Positions 50,395-63,430 of a DNA stretch of 64,000 nt are shown in pieces. The translations under genes were made by a program, and so were the position numbers. The notes beneath the pieces are model-generated. The model had not been told where the DNA came from. It worked only from the letters and a program-made list of their open reading frames with translations, and did no database searches. Location of the stretch: NCBI GenBank assembly GCA_977017645.1, contig OZ360225.1:53692001-53756000 (forward strand), read 5' to 3'. This DNA comes from Torpedo marmorata. Lineage: Eukaryota. Every line of letters starts with the position of its first letter. Position 1 is the first letter of the stretch.

Positions 50395-51554
50395 CGTTTT
50401 AACTCAAAGATTCTGGAGATAAAAGAACTTTGAGGAGACATTGTAATTATTGTGAACGATTCAACTCCAAGAAACTCCTAGTTACTTTGAAAAATTATAG
50501 AGACTATTGAGGACAAAAGTGGACTTGTGTGTCAAGTTTGAATTAAATCTAAGACTGGCTTTCTAAATCGACCTATTAACAAGGTCTGCCTTCTGATGGA
50601 GACGGAGGAACTTTGATAAATACAAACTGACTTTATTTGTTGTTGTATACTTCACAGGTTACAGACTTTTGTTGATTCAGAGTTATGGTAAACTCTGGTC
50701 TTATGGAGAAAGAAGAAAGAGGATTTGTATATTGTTTGAATGTTATATGGTTATTGTTATTTATAATTGATTGTGCAATTATTATTTAAGACATTGCGTC
50801 TAATTATAATAATTAGGGGCCGGTGTAAGAGCCGTAAACCTAATTACTTACCTTGATCGCGGCTCTCCGATGGTCTTGGCGGGTTACGGAGGAGTCACAC
50901 TGTTTGGTAGGCCATGCTAGGCCTATTTAATACTCTGCGCATGCGCTAGAGTGCCGACGGGCTCATGCGCAGTTGGGAATTGACGGCAGTGTGCACGGTG
51001 GAGAGTGCGCGGTGGAGTATGCGCGGTGGAGTATGCGCATTGAGCATGCGCGAAGCGGGAAAAAGAATAGAAATAGATGGCGGCTTAGCGGAGGGTGAGT
51101 GAGATCGCCATATCTTTTATTGACCATTTCATTGATGGTTTAAAGTCTTTAAAGTCATTTCATTGAACATCTAAATACAGTCAAAGGAATCATTTAAAGG
51201 AATTTATTAAACATCGTTATCAAGAACTGTTTATATTTCGTTTAAAGAAGATACTTAAGTCATTGAAGATTGCTGCACGTCACATGTGTAAATAAAGTTT
51301 TTGAACATATCGGACTTTGTTAGTAAATTAATTGAAACACGTCAAAAACAAGTGTCTCACCTAGCCTCCAAGTGACTATTGTTGGATTGAAGTCACTATA
51401 GTATCCTTTCCCTTTACATCTAACCTCGCAAATTGTAAAGGCTCCTTGTTGCATCATTGATTTTAACCAAATTCTTTGTTTCTGATCAATGCTTTGTAGT
51501 TGATGCACATTTGTGGAACTGATCATAATGTATAACAATTCATATTTATTCAAG

Positions 51555-51770
51555 TAAAAACACAAAAATGCTGGAGGAACTCAGCAGGACTTGCGGCATC
51601 CATAGAAGGTAAAAATATATAACTGACCCTACCTTGAAGAAGGCCTAAGGCCTGAAACGATGGTTATATATCTTTATCTCCTATGGAAGCTGTGTAATCT
51701 GCTGAGTTCCTCCAGCATTTTTGTGTTTTTACTACAATTATAGCATTGCAGACTTTCGTGTTTCACCTCA
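51555..51770 (+). mobile_element. Fold-back element with hammerhead-like core
   Basis: Long inverted arms gtaaaaacacaaaaatgctggaggaactcagcag / ctgctgagttcctccagcatttttgtgtttttac; loop ttgaaga-aggcctaaggcct-gaaac at 51634-51658. A shorter relative lies at ~51965-52135. Confidence 0.75.
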
Positions 51771-53538
51771 TTTTTATTCAATGCGCTTAGGTATTTCAGT
51801 AAAACATTTCAAAGAGCTCATGACAGTATAATACTAGCCGAGAAGATGTTAGGACTTGGGACAATTTTAAGGAAGATCTTAAAGAAGGTGGAGAGGCATA
51901 AAATATAGGAAAGGTGTTTTCGAGTTTTGGATATAGATATGTGAAGGCACAACTGCCGGGGTGTAGAAACTCAGCAGGTCATGCAACATCCATAGGAAGT
52001 AAAGGGTACCCATTGTTTCAGGCCAGGCCCAAAACGTTGGTTACCCTTTACTCCCTATGGATGCTGAGTGACCTGCTAAGTTTCTCCAGCATATTTATGT
52101 AGTGCACTCGAGCCCAATATCTGCAGATTTTCTTGCTTAACTGCCAGTGGTGGAGCAGTTTAATAAAGGCTTCACAAGAGGAAGTAGAGGTGGTCCTGTA
52201 GAAGGGGATGGGGCAAGTAAAATGGGAAAAGGGTGAAGCAAGTGTGGTAGTTGGATTCTGAACACAGAAGAACCCAAGGTTGAGTTGGGGTAATCCTGTC
52301 AAATGAAATGGTTTGTCTCATGGTTACTTACCATTTCCAAATTGGTAACCAGGTTCCGACAAAAGAGTCCTCCTTCTGATATCAAACCGAGAAGCCGAAC
52401 AACATCAGAGAAGAGCTATAGACTTCTTTCTGGTGTTTCCAGATTATTAAGCCTCATCCAACAGCTACAAACAAATAGTATTGATGGTTGTGCAATCAGT
52501 CTGTATGCACTTTAGCTTTCTGACATTGCCCTCATGCCTATACATATATAAAAATAAGTATTAATCAGTTAACCAGCACTTCAGGATGTCCTGAGATCGG
52601 GGAAAGGTGCTACACAAATGTGAGATTTTTGGTGGGTAACTACTGTCGCAAATAATAATTCATCATTTTCTTCCATTGCCTTGGATGTGTAACGAAGTGT
52701 CTTTTGAAGCTGGATCCCCAATAATGTCATTCTCTGTCAGAAAGCAGGCCCGTAAATTCTCAGTCCTGAGCCAATTCAACATCAGTGGTCATCACAAGTG
52801 ATTCTGCCCATTCCTATTGACATCTCAGTAGCCATGGTCTCTGCCTCTTAAGGAGGCAATGCTGTCTTATCCTCATTATATATCCGATGATGTTTAGTGT
52901 TGTGCTGAATGCTTTGAACCAGAAACTACAGACCTTAGAATATTGTGTAGAGAACAAATGGAAGTTCTGTAGCTTTATCTCCTTTATATATTGTGCATAA
53001 AACAGGCCAATTTCTCCACCTAAGTGCCATGATATAAGAATAATTACCTTCATGCTGTGCTTATAAAGTCAAACCCAATTAGTACCATTCACTTATCAAG
53101 CTAATGATCTCCCATGAGTCCTGAGGAAGTGTATCATTTCGTAGATTTGGAAAAAGTTACCTGAAACCTGATGGAACTTAATACTGGAGCCATGGTCTCC
53201 ACAACCACATCCCACAGTGTGGTGTACCTGAGCAGTAATATCCTGGTGTAGAAGGATCCAAGTGTTGGCCCATCAAAGCTGAGCAGGGATTCTGACTGTT
53301 AAAACGAGTACAATGAAAACAAAGAAGAGTCAGCAATGAAGAATGGGCAGTGGGCTCTGCAGCAGTCACACTCAATGAATGGCTTATAGTTTGGGTTAAA
53401 GTTCCTCTAATGTTAGAGCCAGCAGATCTTCATCAGAGGAAGGGAGGAGACTGGAGGAGAATGGATAAGGCTGCAAAGGGAGATGTGGTTAGCAAGTTGG
53501 CATGAACACAAGAAATATTTTGAAATGCAATCACTGTT

Positions 53539-56500
53539 TTTTTTGGGGTTTTTTTATATTTTATTTACATTTTTAAATCACACAATACACAATTCAAAAT
53601 ATATAGTTTCCAAAATACAAGTGATATAAATTTCCTCCCCCCAAACCCTCCCACCCCTCCCTAACCCCCCCAACCCCACTAATCTAAAAAAAAAGAAAAA
53701 GAAAAGTAGATTAATAGTGAGGAGAGAACCATCTAAAAACTTATTTTATCCTGGAGGTTAAACTCGCCAATAGACCTGATTTCTAGAGATTTCAGATCCT
53801 TAAACCCATGACTCTCATGTATGGGCTCCAAATTTTTAAAAAAGAATGATATTTATTACGTAAATTATAAGTAATTTTTTCCAAAGGAATACACGAACGA
53901 AGTTCTGCATGCCATCTATCTAAATTTAAATCTAAATCTGATTTCCAAGTGATAGCAATACATTTTTTTGAAACAGCTAAAGCAATACGCAAAAATTCTA
54001 CCTGATACATATTCAATCTATTCCTAATACTAAATTTTCTAATATCTCCAAATAAAAATATCATAGGATCCATTGGAAACATAACATTAAAAACTCTCTC
54101 TAAAAAATTCTTAACTTTAAGCCAAAAATCTTGAATCTTTGGACATAACCATGTAGAATGAACAAAATAACCTACTTCATTCTTACATCTAAAACACAAA
54201 TCCGACAATGTCGGATTAAATTTCTTTAATTTTTTTGGTGTTAAATATAATTGATGAAAAAAATTATATTGTACTAATCTGTACCTGACATTAATAACTT
54301 TAGTCATACTTAACTTACATAAATCTTCCCAATGTATTTGAGCTATATTAATATTTAAATCTAATTCCCATTTTAATCTTGATTTATGTAATCCTACTTT
54401 AGGCATTTTTCTCTGAAATAATTTATACATTTGAGAAATAAACTTGTTAACATTTGCTTTAGTAATTAATAATTCTAACTCATTATACCTTGGAGCAATC
54501 AAATTTTCTCCTAATTTCTCAACCAAAAAAGCGTTAACCTGATAATAAGCTAACCATGTATTATCTAATACATCAAATTTTTCTTTCAATCTTTGAAACG
54601 TAACAAATCTTCCAGCCTCAAAACAATCTTTAAAATTTTTAATACCTTTTTGAAACCATGCTTTCAATAACCGATTATTCATAGTAAATAATAAAAGTGG
54701 ATTTTGATATAATGGCATATTTAAAGAAATTAATCCTTTCCCACCTATTTCTTTATCTACCTGTGTCCATACTTCCAATAAATGTTTAATAATCGGTGAA
54801 TTTTTCTTTTTAACTAATAATAATTTAGAATTCCACTTGTAAATAATATCCTCTTTATAATTTTCTCCTATATTATTTAATTCTATATTAACCCAAGCAG
54901 AAGTTTTAGCTAAATCAAAAAATTCATTAACAAATTTTAATTGAGCTGCTTTATAATAATATTGAAAGTTAGGGAGCTGCATTCCTCCCATCTCATAATT
55001 CCATGTTAACTTCTCCATACTCACTCTTGCTAACTTCTCTTTCCATAAAAATTTCCTAATTATAAATTTTAAATCTTTAAAAAAAATTTTTGGAATTCCA
55101 AAAGGAATTGATTGAAAAAGATATTGAATTCTTAGAAAAATATTCATCTTGATACAATTTACTCTCCCCATTAAAGTTATAGGCAAATCTTTCCAATTTT
55201 CCAAATCTTTCTTTATTTTCGTAAATAAAGGTACATAATTTAATTTATATAAATTTTATAATTTTGTATCCACTTTAACTCCCAAATATTTAATTCCTTC
55301 TTTTGCCCACTTAAATTCCGTAACTTCTCTACACCTAGTATAATCACCTTGAGATAAAGCCATTATTTCACTTTTATCCGCATTAATTTTTTATCCAGAT
55401 ATTTCACCATATTCTGTTAATATAATAGCTAAATGTTGAAGTGATAAAACTGATTTCGTCATGTATATTAGTACATCATCTGCAAACAAACTAATCTTAT
55501 GCTCTTCCATACCGACTTTAATCCCTACTATATTAGGATCTGTCCTGATCAATTCAGCTAAAGGTTCTATTGCCAAAACAAATAAAGCTGGTGATAAAGG
55601 ACAACCCTGTCTTGTAGAACGCGTTAAAGAAAATTTTGGCGATATTTGTCCATTTGTAATTACTTTAGCTGTAGGTTCCTTATATATAGTTTTAATCCAA
55701 TTTATAAAAGTATTCCCAAAACCAAATTTCTCTAACACCTTAAATAAAAAATTCCATTCTTATCTATCAAAAGCCTTTTCTGCATCCAACGTTACCACCA
55801 ATGGTAAATCTTGTTTCTTTTTATGAAAATTAATTAAACTTAATAATCTAGCTATATTATCTTTAGAATATCTATTTTTAATAAAACCAGCTTGATCTGG
55901 ATGTATCAAATTTGGTAAATATTTAGCTATTCTATTAGCCAAAATTTTTGCCATAATCTTATAATCTACATTTAATAAAGAAATAGGTCTATATGACTCA
56001 GTTTTTAATACATCTCTATCTTTCTTTGGTATAACTGTAATAATAGCATTCAAAAATGTTTTTGGTAATAAATGAGTTTCCGTAATCTGATTCAATACTT
56101 CCATATATAGAGGTATCAATAAATCTTTAAATTCTTTATAAAATTCTACTGGAAATCCATCATCACCAGGGGATTTACCACTTTTTAACATCGATAATAC
56201 TTCATTAACTTCTCTCATCGTAAAAGGTAAATCCAAAAACTTTTTATTCTGAATATTTAATTTAGGTAAAGTAATTCTAGACAAAAATCTATTAATTTTC
56301 AAATCATCCTGAACAACCTGAGATCTATATAAATTCTGATAATAATCTTTAAAAGATTCATTTATTTCTTGAGGTTTATAAGTTATTTCACCAGTATTTT
56401 TTTTCTTTATAGCATTTATAGTTTTAGAAACTTGTTCCTTTTTCAATTGCCATGCTAAAACCTTGTGAGCCTTTTCTCCTAATTCATAATATCTTTGTTT

Positions 56501-57982
56501 CATTCTCTCTATTAATTTTTCCGTTTTATACGTTTGTAATAAATTATAATGTAACTTTTTCCTCATTAAACGATTTCTCTTACGAATTGATTTATTTCTC
56601 TGTAAATCTTTTTCCATAATCTCAATCTCTTTCTCTAATTTTTCTGCTTCTTTCAAATAATCTTTTTTAATTTTTGCCGAATAACTTATTATCAAACCTC
56701 TAAGATAAGCCTTTAAAGTTTCCCAAATTATAAATTTATCATTAATTGATTGATCATTTATCCTCAAAAATTCTTGAATTTCCCTTCTCATATATTCACA
56801 AAAATCTGTCCTTTTCAATAAAGATGAATCAAATCTCCAATTAAATATAGTTTTCTCCTTTTCTGGAATTACACATGTCATTAACAAAGGTGAATGATCT
56901 GAAATTATTCTCGCTTTATATGATACCTGTGATATTCTATCTTGAATTTGCGAAGATATTAAAAACAAATCTATCCTAGAGTATGAATCATGTCTAAAAG
57001 AATAAAAAGAATAATCTTTCTCTCTAGGATTCAATTTCCTCCAAATATCTATTAAATTCAAATCTTTCATCAAATTTATAATTCTTTTAACTATTTTAGG
57101 CCTAACAGACGATCTAGAAGTCCTATCCATTATTGAATCTAGACAACAATTAAAATCCCCCCCAATTAAAATATTATCCTTAGCATCTGATAAATGTAGA
57201 AATGCATCTTGAATAAATTGTTCATCATCTGGATTTGAAACATATAAATTCATAAGAGTCCAAAATTCGGAATAAATCTGACAATTAACCCAAACATATC
57301 TACCTGCCACATCTACTACTACCGATTGTATTTTAAAAGGTAATTTCTTATTAACTAAAATTGCAACCCCTCTAGCTTTAGAGTTAAATGTTGAAGCTAC
57401 AACATGTCCAACCCAATCTCTTTTTAATTTTTGATGTTCAACCTCTGTTAAATGAGTTTCCTGTAAAAAAGCTATATCTACTTTCAACTTTTTCATATAT
57501 GCCGAAGTTCTTTTCCTCTTTATTGGATTATTAAGCCCATTTATATTAATACTTACTAAATTTATACTTCTAGAATCCATCATAATCACATTGTAATCTT
57601 TCTCTGTCTATCATGTCCATTAGCGTTCCCCTCCTAAATTGCATTTTAATTATTCTCTCCTCAAATGAAATAAAAGAAAAAAAGAAAAATAAGAAAAACC
57701 CCTTTAGAAAAAACACAGATAACTCAGTGTTACCCCCCTCCATTGTTTGAGTAGCAGCTTTCGCCGCTAAGGTGGTGATTGGTTCGGAAGAAGTACCAAT
57801 ATGTCCACCCCTCCCCCCAACAGATCAATATAAATCCATACAATATAGATTCAATTAACTCCTCCCAAATCCAGTTCTCCTTGTTCTCCTTCGACTTGAA
57901 CTAAAATATTTTCTTCTCTTGACGCAGCCAACGGTAGCACCACTTGACCTTGCTGATTTTCTTGGTTTTGCTCTTGCTGCTG
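53539..57982 (-). mobile_element. L1-clade LINE with near-complete ORF2 (APE endonuclease, RT, C-terminal domain)
   Basis: SININGLNNPIKR, FLQETH, GGDFN, SRIDLFL, SDHSP; [36 protein letters not shown]. One stop (~55760) and one frameshift (~55390). 17-bp TSD gaaatgcaatcactgtt at 53522-53538 and 57983-57999. Confidence 0.95.
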
Positions 57983-58426
57983 GAAATGCAATCACTGTTG
58001 AATGAACAGAACACAAACTCATGGGGAAACATAGTTGTCAGGTCAGGTCAAGTTTATTGTCATATGATTGTACAAGTACAACCTGACGAAACAGCGTTCT
58101 CCGGTCCTCAGTGGGAAACATGCAGACACACAACCAGATATAACACACATACAAACAATACATGTGCAGGACAAGTATTTCATCTATACAAACAAATAAA
58201 TAAATATTGTTTCATGAACATGAGAGTCTCGGATGTTTAGTGTGAGCAGTTCCTTTGATCATTCAGCATTCTCACTGCCCGTGGTGTTACAAAATCAAAC
58301 CAGCAATGACAGAAGACGCAATGCAAAAGGGGTAAAATTGAAATTTATATTATTAAACACAATTAAACATATAATTTCACAACAAGTAACCCCACTATAA
58401 ATGTCTATAAACACTATTCTTATCTA

Positions 58427-61237
58427 TATAACCATATAACATATAACATATAACCATATAACAATTACAGCACGGAAACAGGCCATTAGGCCCTTCCAGT
58501 CCGCACCGAACCAAAACATTCCTATCTAGTCCCACCTCCCTGCACCTTGCCCATAACCCTCCACTTCCCTCACATCCATATACTTGTCCAACTTTTTCTT
58601 AAATACTAAAATTGACTCTGCCGCCACTACTTCTCCCGGAAGCTCATTCCACACAGCTACCACTCTCTGAGTAAAGAAGTTCCCCCTCATGTTACCTCTA
58701 AACCTCTGCCCCTTAACTCTTAGCTCATGTCCTCTTGTTTCAATCTCTCCTATTCTTAATGGAAATAGTCTATCCACATCCACTCTGTCTATCCCTTTCA
58801 TAATTTTAAATACCTCTATCAAATCCCCTCTCAACCTTCTACGCTCCAAAGAATAAAGACCTAATCTGCTCAATCTCTCCTTGTACTCTAAATTCTTAAA
58901 CCCAGGTAACATTCTGGTAAACCTTCTCTGCACTCTCTCCAATTTGTTGATATCCTTCCTATAATTTGGCGACCAGAACTGCACACAGAACTCTAAATTA
59001 GGCCGCACCAAAGCCTTATATAATCTCAACATCACTTCCCAACTCCTATATTCTATGCATTGATTGATGAAGGCCAGCATACTAAAAGCCTTCTTCACCA
59101 CCCTATTCACATGAGTTTCCACCTTCAGGGAACGATGCACCGTTATTCCTAAATCTTTCTGCTCTTCTGTATTCATCAATGCTCTCCCATTTACTACATA
59201 TGTCCTGTTCTGATTCTTCTTTCCAAAATGAAGCACCTCACACTTATCAGCATTAAACTCCATCTGCCATTTTTCAGCCCACTTTTCTAAGCAGCCCAAA
59301 TCCTTCTGCAATCCTTGAAAACCTTCTTCATTATCCACTATTCCACCTATCTTGGTATCATCTGCATATTTACTAATCCAGTTTACCACCCCATCATCTA
59401 GATCATTGATATATATAACAAACAACAATGGGCCCAATACAGATCCCTGAGGCACACCGCTTGTCACGGGCTTCCAACCTGACAAACAATTATCCACTAC
59501 CACTCTCTGGCCTCTCCCCTCCAGCCAATGTTCAATCCATTTGACTACCTCAGAATCTATTCCTAAAGACTGCACCTTCCTCACTAACCTTCCATTCGGA
59601 ACCTTATCAAAGGCCTTACTGAAGTCCATATAGACAACATCCACTGCACTACCCTCATCCACAGTCCTAGTCACCTCTTCAAAAAATTCAATCAGATTGG
59701 TCAAACAGGACCTTCCGCTCACAAATCCGTGTTGAGAGTTCCCGATCAGACCCTGCCTATCCAGATATTTATAAGTCCTATCTCTGAGAACTTTCTCCAT
59801 TAATTTACCTACCACAGACGTCAAACTTACAGGCCGATAATTGCCAGGCTTCCTCCTTGAACCCTTTTTAAATAACGGAACCACATGCGCAATACGCCAA
59901 TCCTCCGGCACTATCCCCGTCTCTAATGACATTTGGAAAATCGCCGTCAGAGCCTCTGCTATTTCTTCTCTTACTTCTCTCAAGGTCCTGGGGAAGATCC
60001 CATCGGGTCCTGGAGACTTATCCACCTTTATATTCCTCAAAAGCCCTAACACTACATCTTTCGTAATCCCTATATTCTCCATATTTACCCCATTAGCTTT
60101 GTTTATCTGGCATATATCAATATCCTTCTCCTTGGTGAATACCGAAGAAAAAAAAAAACTGTTCAATATCTCCCCCATTTCTCTAGGCTCCACACACAGT
60201 TTTCCGTTCTGATTCTCTAAGGGACCAATTTTGTCCCTTGCTTTCCTCTTACCATTAACGTATTTGTAAAAACCTTTTGGATTAACCTTCACCCTGCTTG
60301 CTATAGTCTCTTCATACCTTCTTTTTGCTATCCTAATTCCTCTCTTAAGATTCTTTTTACATTCAATGTATTTTACAAACATCTCCTTATTTCCATGCTT
60401 CTTATACTTAATATACGCCTCCCTTTTTTTCCGAACCAAGTTTCCAATATTCCTCGAGAACCACGGCTCCCTCAAACCTTTTGCCCCTCCTTTTAACCTA
60501 ACAGGAACATAAATCTTTTGCACTCTCAAAATCTGATCTTTAAAAGACTTCCATCTCTCTACAACATCCTGCCCATAAAACAAATTGTCCCAATGCACAC
60601 CCTCTAAGTCCTTTCGCATCCCCTCAAATCTAGCTTTTCCCCAATCAAAAACCTCAACCCTTGGCCCTGACTTATCTCTTTCCATAATGACATTGAAGCT
60701 GATAGCATTATGATCACTGGACCCGAAATGCTCGCCAACACAAACCTCCGTCACTTGACCTATCTCATTTGCTAACAGTAGATCTAACACGGCTCCTTCT
60801 CTGGTCGGTACCTCTACATATTGTTGTAAAAAACTCTCCTGCACACATTTCACAAATTCCAACCCATCCAGCCCTTTCACAGAATCGGTCTCCCAATCTA
60901 TATGTGGAAAATTAAAATCTCCCACAATCACAACCCTGTGCTTATCACAATTATCCACTATCTCCCTACAGATATGTTCCTCCAGGACTCGGTCCCCTCC
61001 GGGTGGTCTATAATACACCCCTACAAGTGTAACTTCTCCTGTCCCACTCCTCAGTTCTACCCAAACAGCCTCCGTGGACAAGCCCTCTAATCTATCCTGC
61101 CTAAGCACCGCTGTAATATTCTCCCTGACAAGCAATGCAACACCACCTCCTCTTGCTCCTCCGGCTCTATCACACCTAAAGCAACGAAACCCAGGGATAT
61201 TCAACTGCCAATCACATCCCTCCTGCAACCATGTCTC
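58427..61237 (-). mobile_element. Young 5'-truncated CR1 LINE with uninterrupted ORF2 (partial endonuclease plus RT)
   Basis: About 900 codons without a stop: ETWL, GVYYRPP, GDFNFP, SDHN, KSPGPDG, YRPVSLTS, DFSKAFD, GVPQGSVLGP, KYADD. (taaccata)n tail; probable TSD atcta. Confidence 0.95.
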
Positions 61238-61293
61238 ATCTAAAAGGTGTGTGTGTGTAAAGCCCAGACCATTATAGTCTGTGCCCAACCCTT

Positions 61294-62043
61294 TGGTGTA
61301 ATGACAACAACCTTGAGCTCAACGTCAGCAAAACCAAGGAGATGATTGTGGACTTCAGGAGGAAGTCAGGGGAACACAACCCAGTCCTCATCGAGGGCTC
61401 AGTCGTGGAGAGGGTCAAGAACTTCAAATTCCTGGGTGTCAACATCTCCGAGGATCTGTCCTGGAGCATCCACGTGGATGCAATCACAAAGAAGGCTCGT
61501 CAGCGGCTATACTTTGTGAGGCGATTGCGGAGATTCGGTATGTCGCCAAAGACTCTCGTGAACTTCTACAGGTGTACTGTGGAGAGCATTCTAGCTGGTT
61601 GCATCACTGCCTGGTATGGTGGCGCCAACTCCCAGGACAAGAGCAAACTCCAGAAGGTTGTTAACTCGGCCTGTGACATCACAGGCACCAAACTTCACTC
61701 CATCGAGGACATCTACATGAGGCGATGTCTTAATAAAGCAGCCTCTATCCTCAAGGACCCCCACCACCCAGGCCATGCCCTCTTCACGCTGCTTCCATCG
61801 GGGAAAAGGTACAGGAGCCTAAAGACGAGCACTCAACGGCACAAGGTCAGCTTCTTCCCCACTGCCATCAGATTCCTGAACAATCAATGAACCAAAGACA
61901 CTAGTGCACTATTGTTTATAATTTTTTTTATATAGTAATGTCGTTAGAATGGTTAATATGAATGTTAATTGCACTATGATGCTGCCGCAAAGCACCGAAT
62001 TTCATGACTTGTTCATGACAATAAATTCTGATTCTGATTCTGA
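61294..62043 (+). mobile_element. Rex/Babar LINE 3' part
   Basis: ORF 61342-61890 is homologous to 39620-40330; (ttctga)n tail. Confidence 0.9.
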
Positions 62044-63104
62044 AATGGAAAAACTTTCCCCAAAAGCCCCAGGTCAGTCATAAAAAACAAGTCAGTCAAA
62101 AAAAAGAATAATACAGTCCACAAAATTCACTCTCTAAGTTCAGGTTTCAAATTCAGCTCTGTATCTGGTAGAAGTACTTCTAAATGAATGTTGGAGAGAG
62201 ACAATGACTGTTGATGCTTACAAATACTTGTTTTTCTTCTCTGATGACGTTCCCTTCTTGTGTTTTCATAAGGATTGCGAGTTTAGATCAGTATACCACT
62301 GATTAAGGCGTGTGCTTGGATCTCACAGCTAGTCTCGCTGATCTCACGCCTGTTCTCCACAGAAGTTGCTTTACCTCAGAATTTCTCTGAGACAGGAGGC
62401 CATGTGCTATCCTGCCAGTCTTTTCTCTGGGATGCACAAGCCTGGATTTGGCTGTGTTCTCTAGCCTTTGCAACTCCCAACTGTCTGCTTTTTGCAGAGG
62501 TCTGCACCTGCTTTTGCAAAAGTGCAACAAAGTATCTTTTCCACAGTCTGTCTCTCTCTCTGCTCTCTCTCTCTCTCTCTCTGGGTACACCAAGTCCTGG
62601 GAAAGTTAACTCTTTCAGTACCTGGCCCCAGTGTATACTCCAAAATACTTCATCCTTCCTGCTGACCGTCCGCAGTCCAAATGGTCAGTCATGGTCCATA
62701 ACAGTGGGAAGAAGCTATTCCTCAACCTGGTAGTGCTGACTCTGATACTCCTGTATCTCTTCCCCAAAGGAAGCAGCTGAAAGATGTTGTGTGCGGGGTG
62801 GAAGGGGTACTCAATGATTTTGTGCGCCCTCTTCAGACAACGATCCCGGTAGGTGGGTGGGGGGGTGGAATGGAGACTCCAGTGATCCTCTCTGCCACAC
62901 TTATGGTCCTGTGGATTGACGTCCGATCCATTTCTCTATAGCAACCGTTCTACACTGTGATACAGCCGGCCAGGACGCTCTTGATAGAGCTCCTATAGAA
63001 GGTTGACATAATAGTGGCCGGTAGCCTTGCCCGCTCCAGTCTTCTCAGGAAGAGCAGTCACTGTTACGCCTTCCTGACAAGTGAGGAGATTTGAGTGTCC
63101 ACTA

Positions 63105-63430
63105 ATAGAGGAACTGCCTCACAACTCCAATGACCCGGGATTAATTGTGAGCTCCAGTGCTGTCTGGGTGGAGTCTGTACATTCTCCCTGTGATCACGAG
63201 GGTTTCCTCTGGGTGCTCTGGTTTCCTTCTAAATCACAAAGACGTGTGGGTTGGTAATTGGCCACTGTAAATTTCCCCTAGTGCATCAGTGAGGAGGAGG
63301 CCAAAGAGGGTCATTGATGGGAATAATGGGATAATAAAATAGGTTCAGGTAAGATTAATATGAACATGGATGGTTGATAGTTAGCACAGACTCAGTGGGC
63401 CGAAGGGCCAAACCATGGTGTTTAACTCTA
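63105..63430 (+). mobile_element. V-SINE with CR1-like tail
   Basis: V-domain ggagtctgtacattctccctgtg..gggtttcctctgggtgctctggtttcct and tail gggccgaagggcc. A partial duplicate lies at ~63470-63600. Confidence 0.75.

Larger units (their letters stand above)
43282..51400 (+). mobile_element. Non-autonomous BEL/Pao LTR retrotransposon
   Basis: LTRs at 43282-43874 and 50824-51400. 5-bp TSD GTATC at 43277-43281 and 51401-51405. PPT-like taggggccgg. BEL gag, protease and integrase C-terminal tail are present, but no RT, RNase H or integrase core. Confidence 0.92.
58285..62703 (-). mobile_element. Solo LTR copy 2, interrupted by CR1 and Rex
   Basis: TGTTA...TAACA ends; 4-bp TSD GTGG at 58281-58284 and 62704-62707; reverse-complement homologue of 37011-38481. 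Confidence 0.85.
58037..63100 (-). mobile_element. Rex/Babar subfamily 2 fragment split into 58037-58284 and 62704-63100
   Basis: Tail homologous to 42797-43025 and coding part homologous to 38990-39397. Split by the LTR at 58285. Confidence 0.8.
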
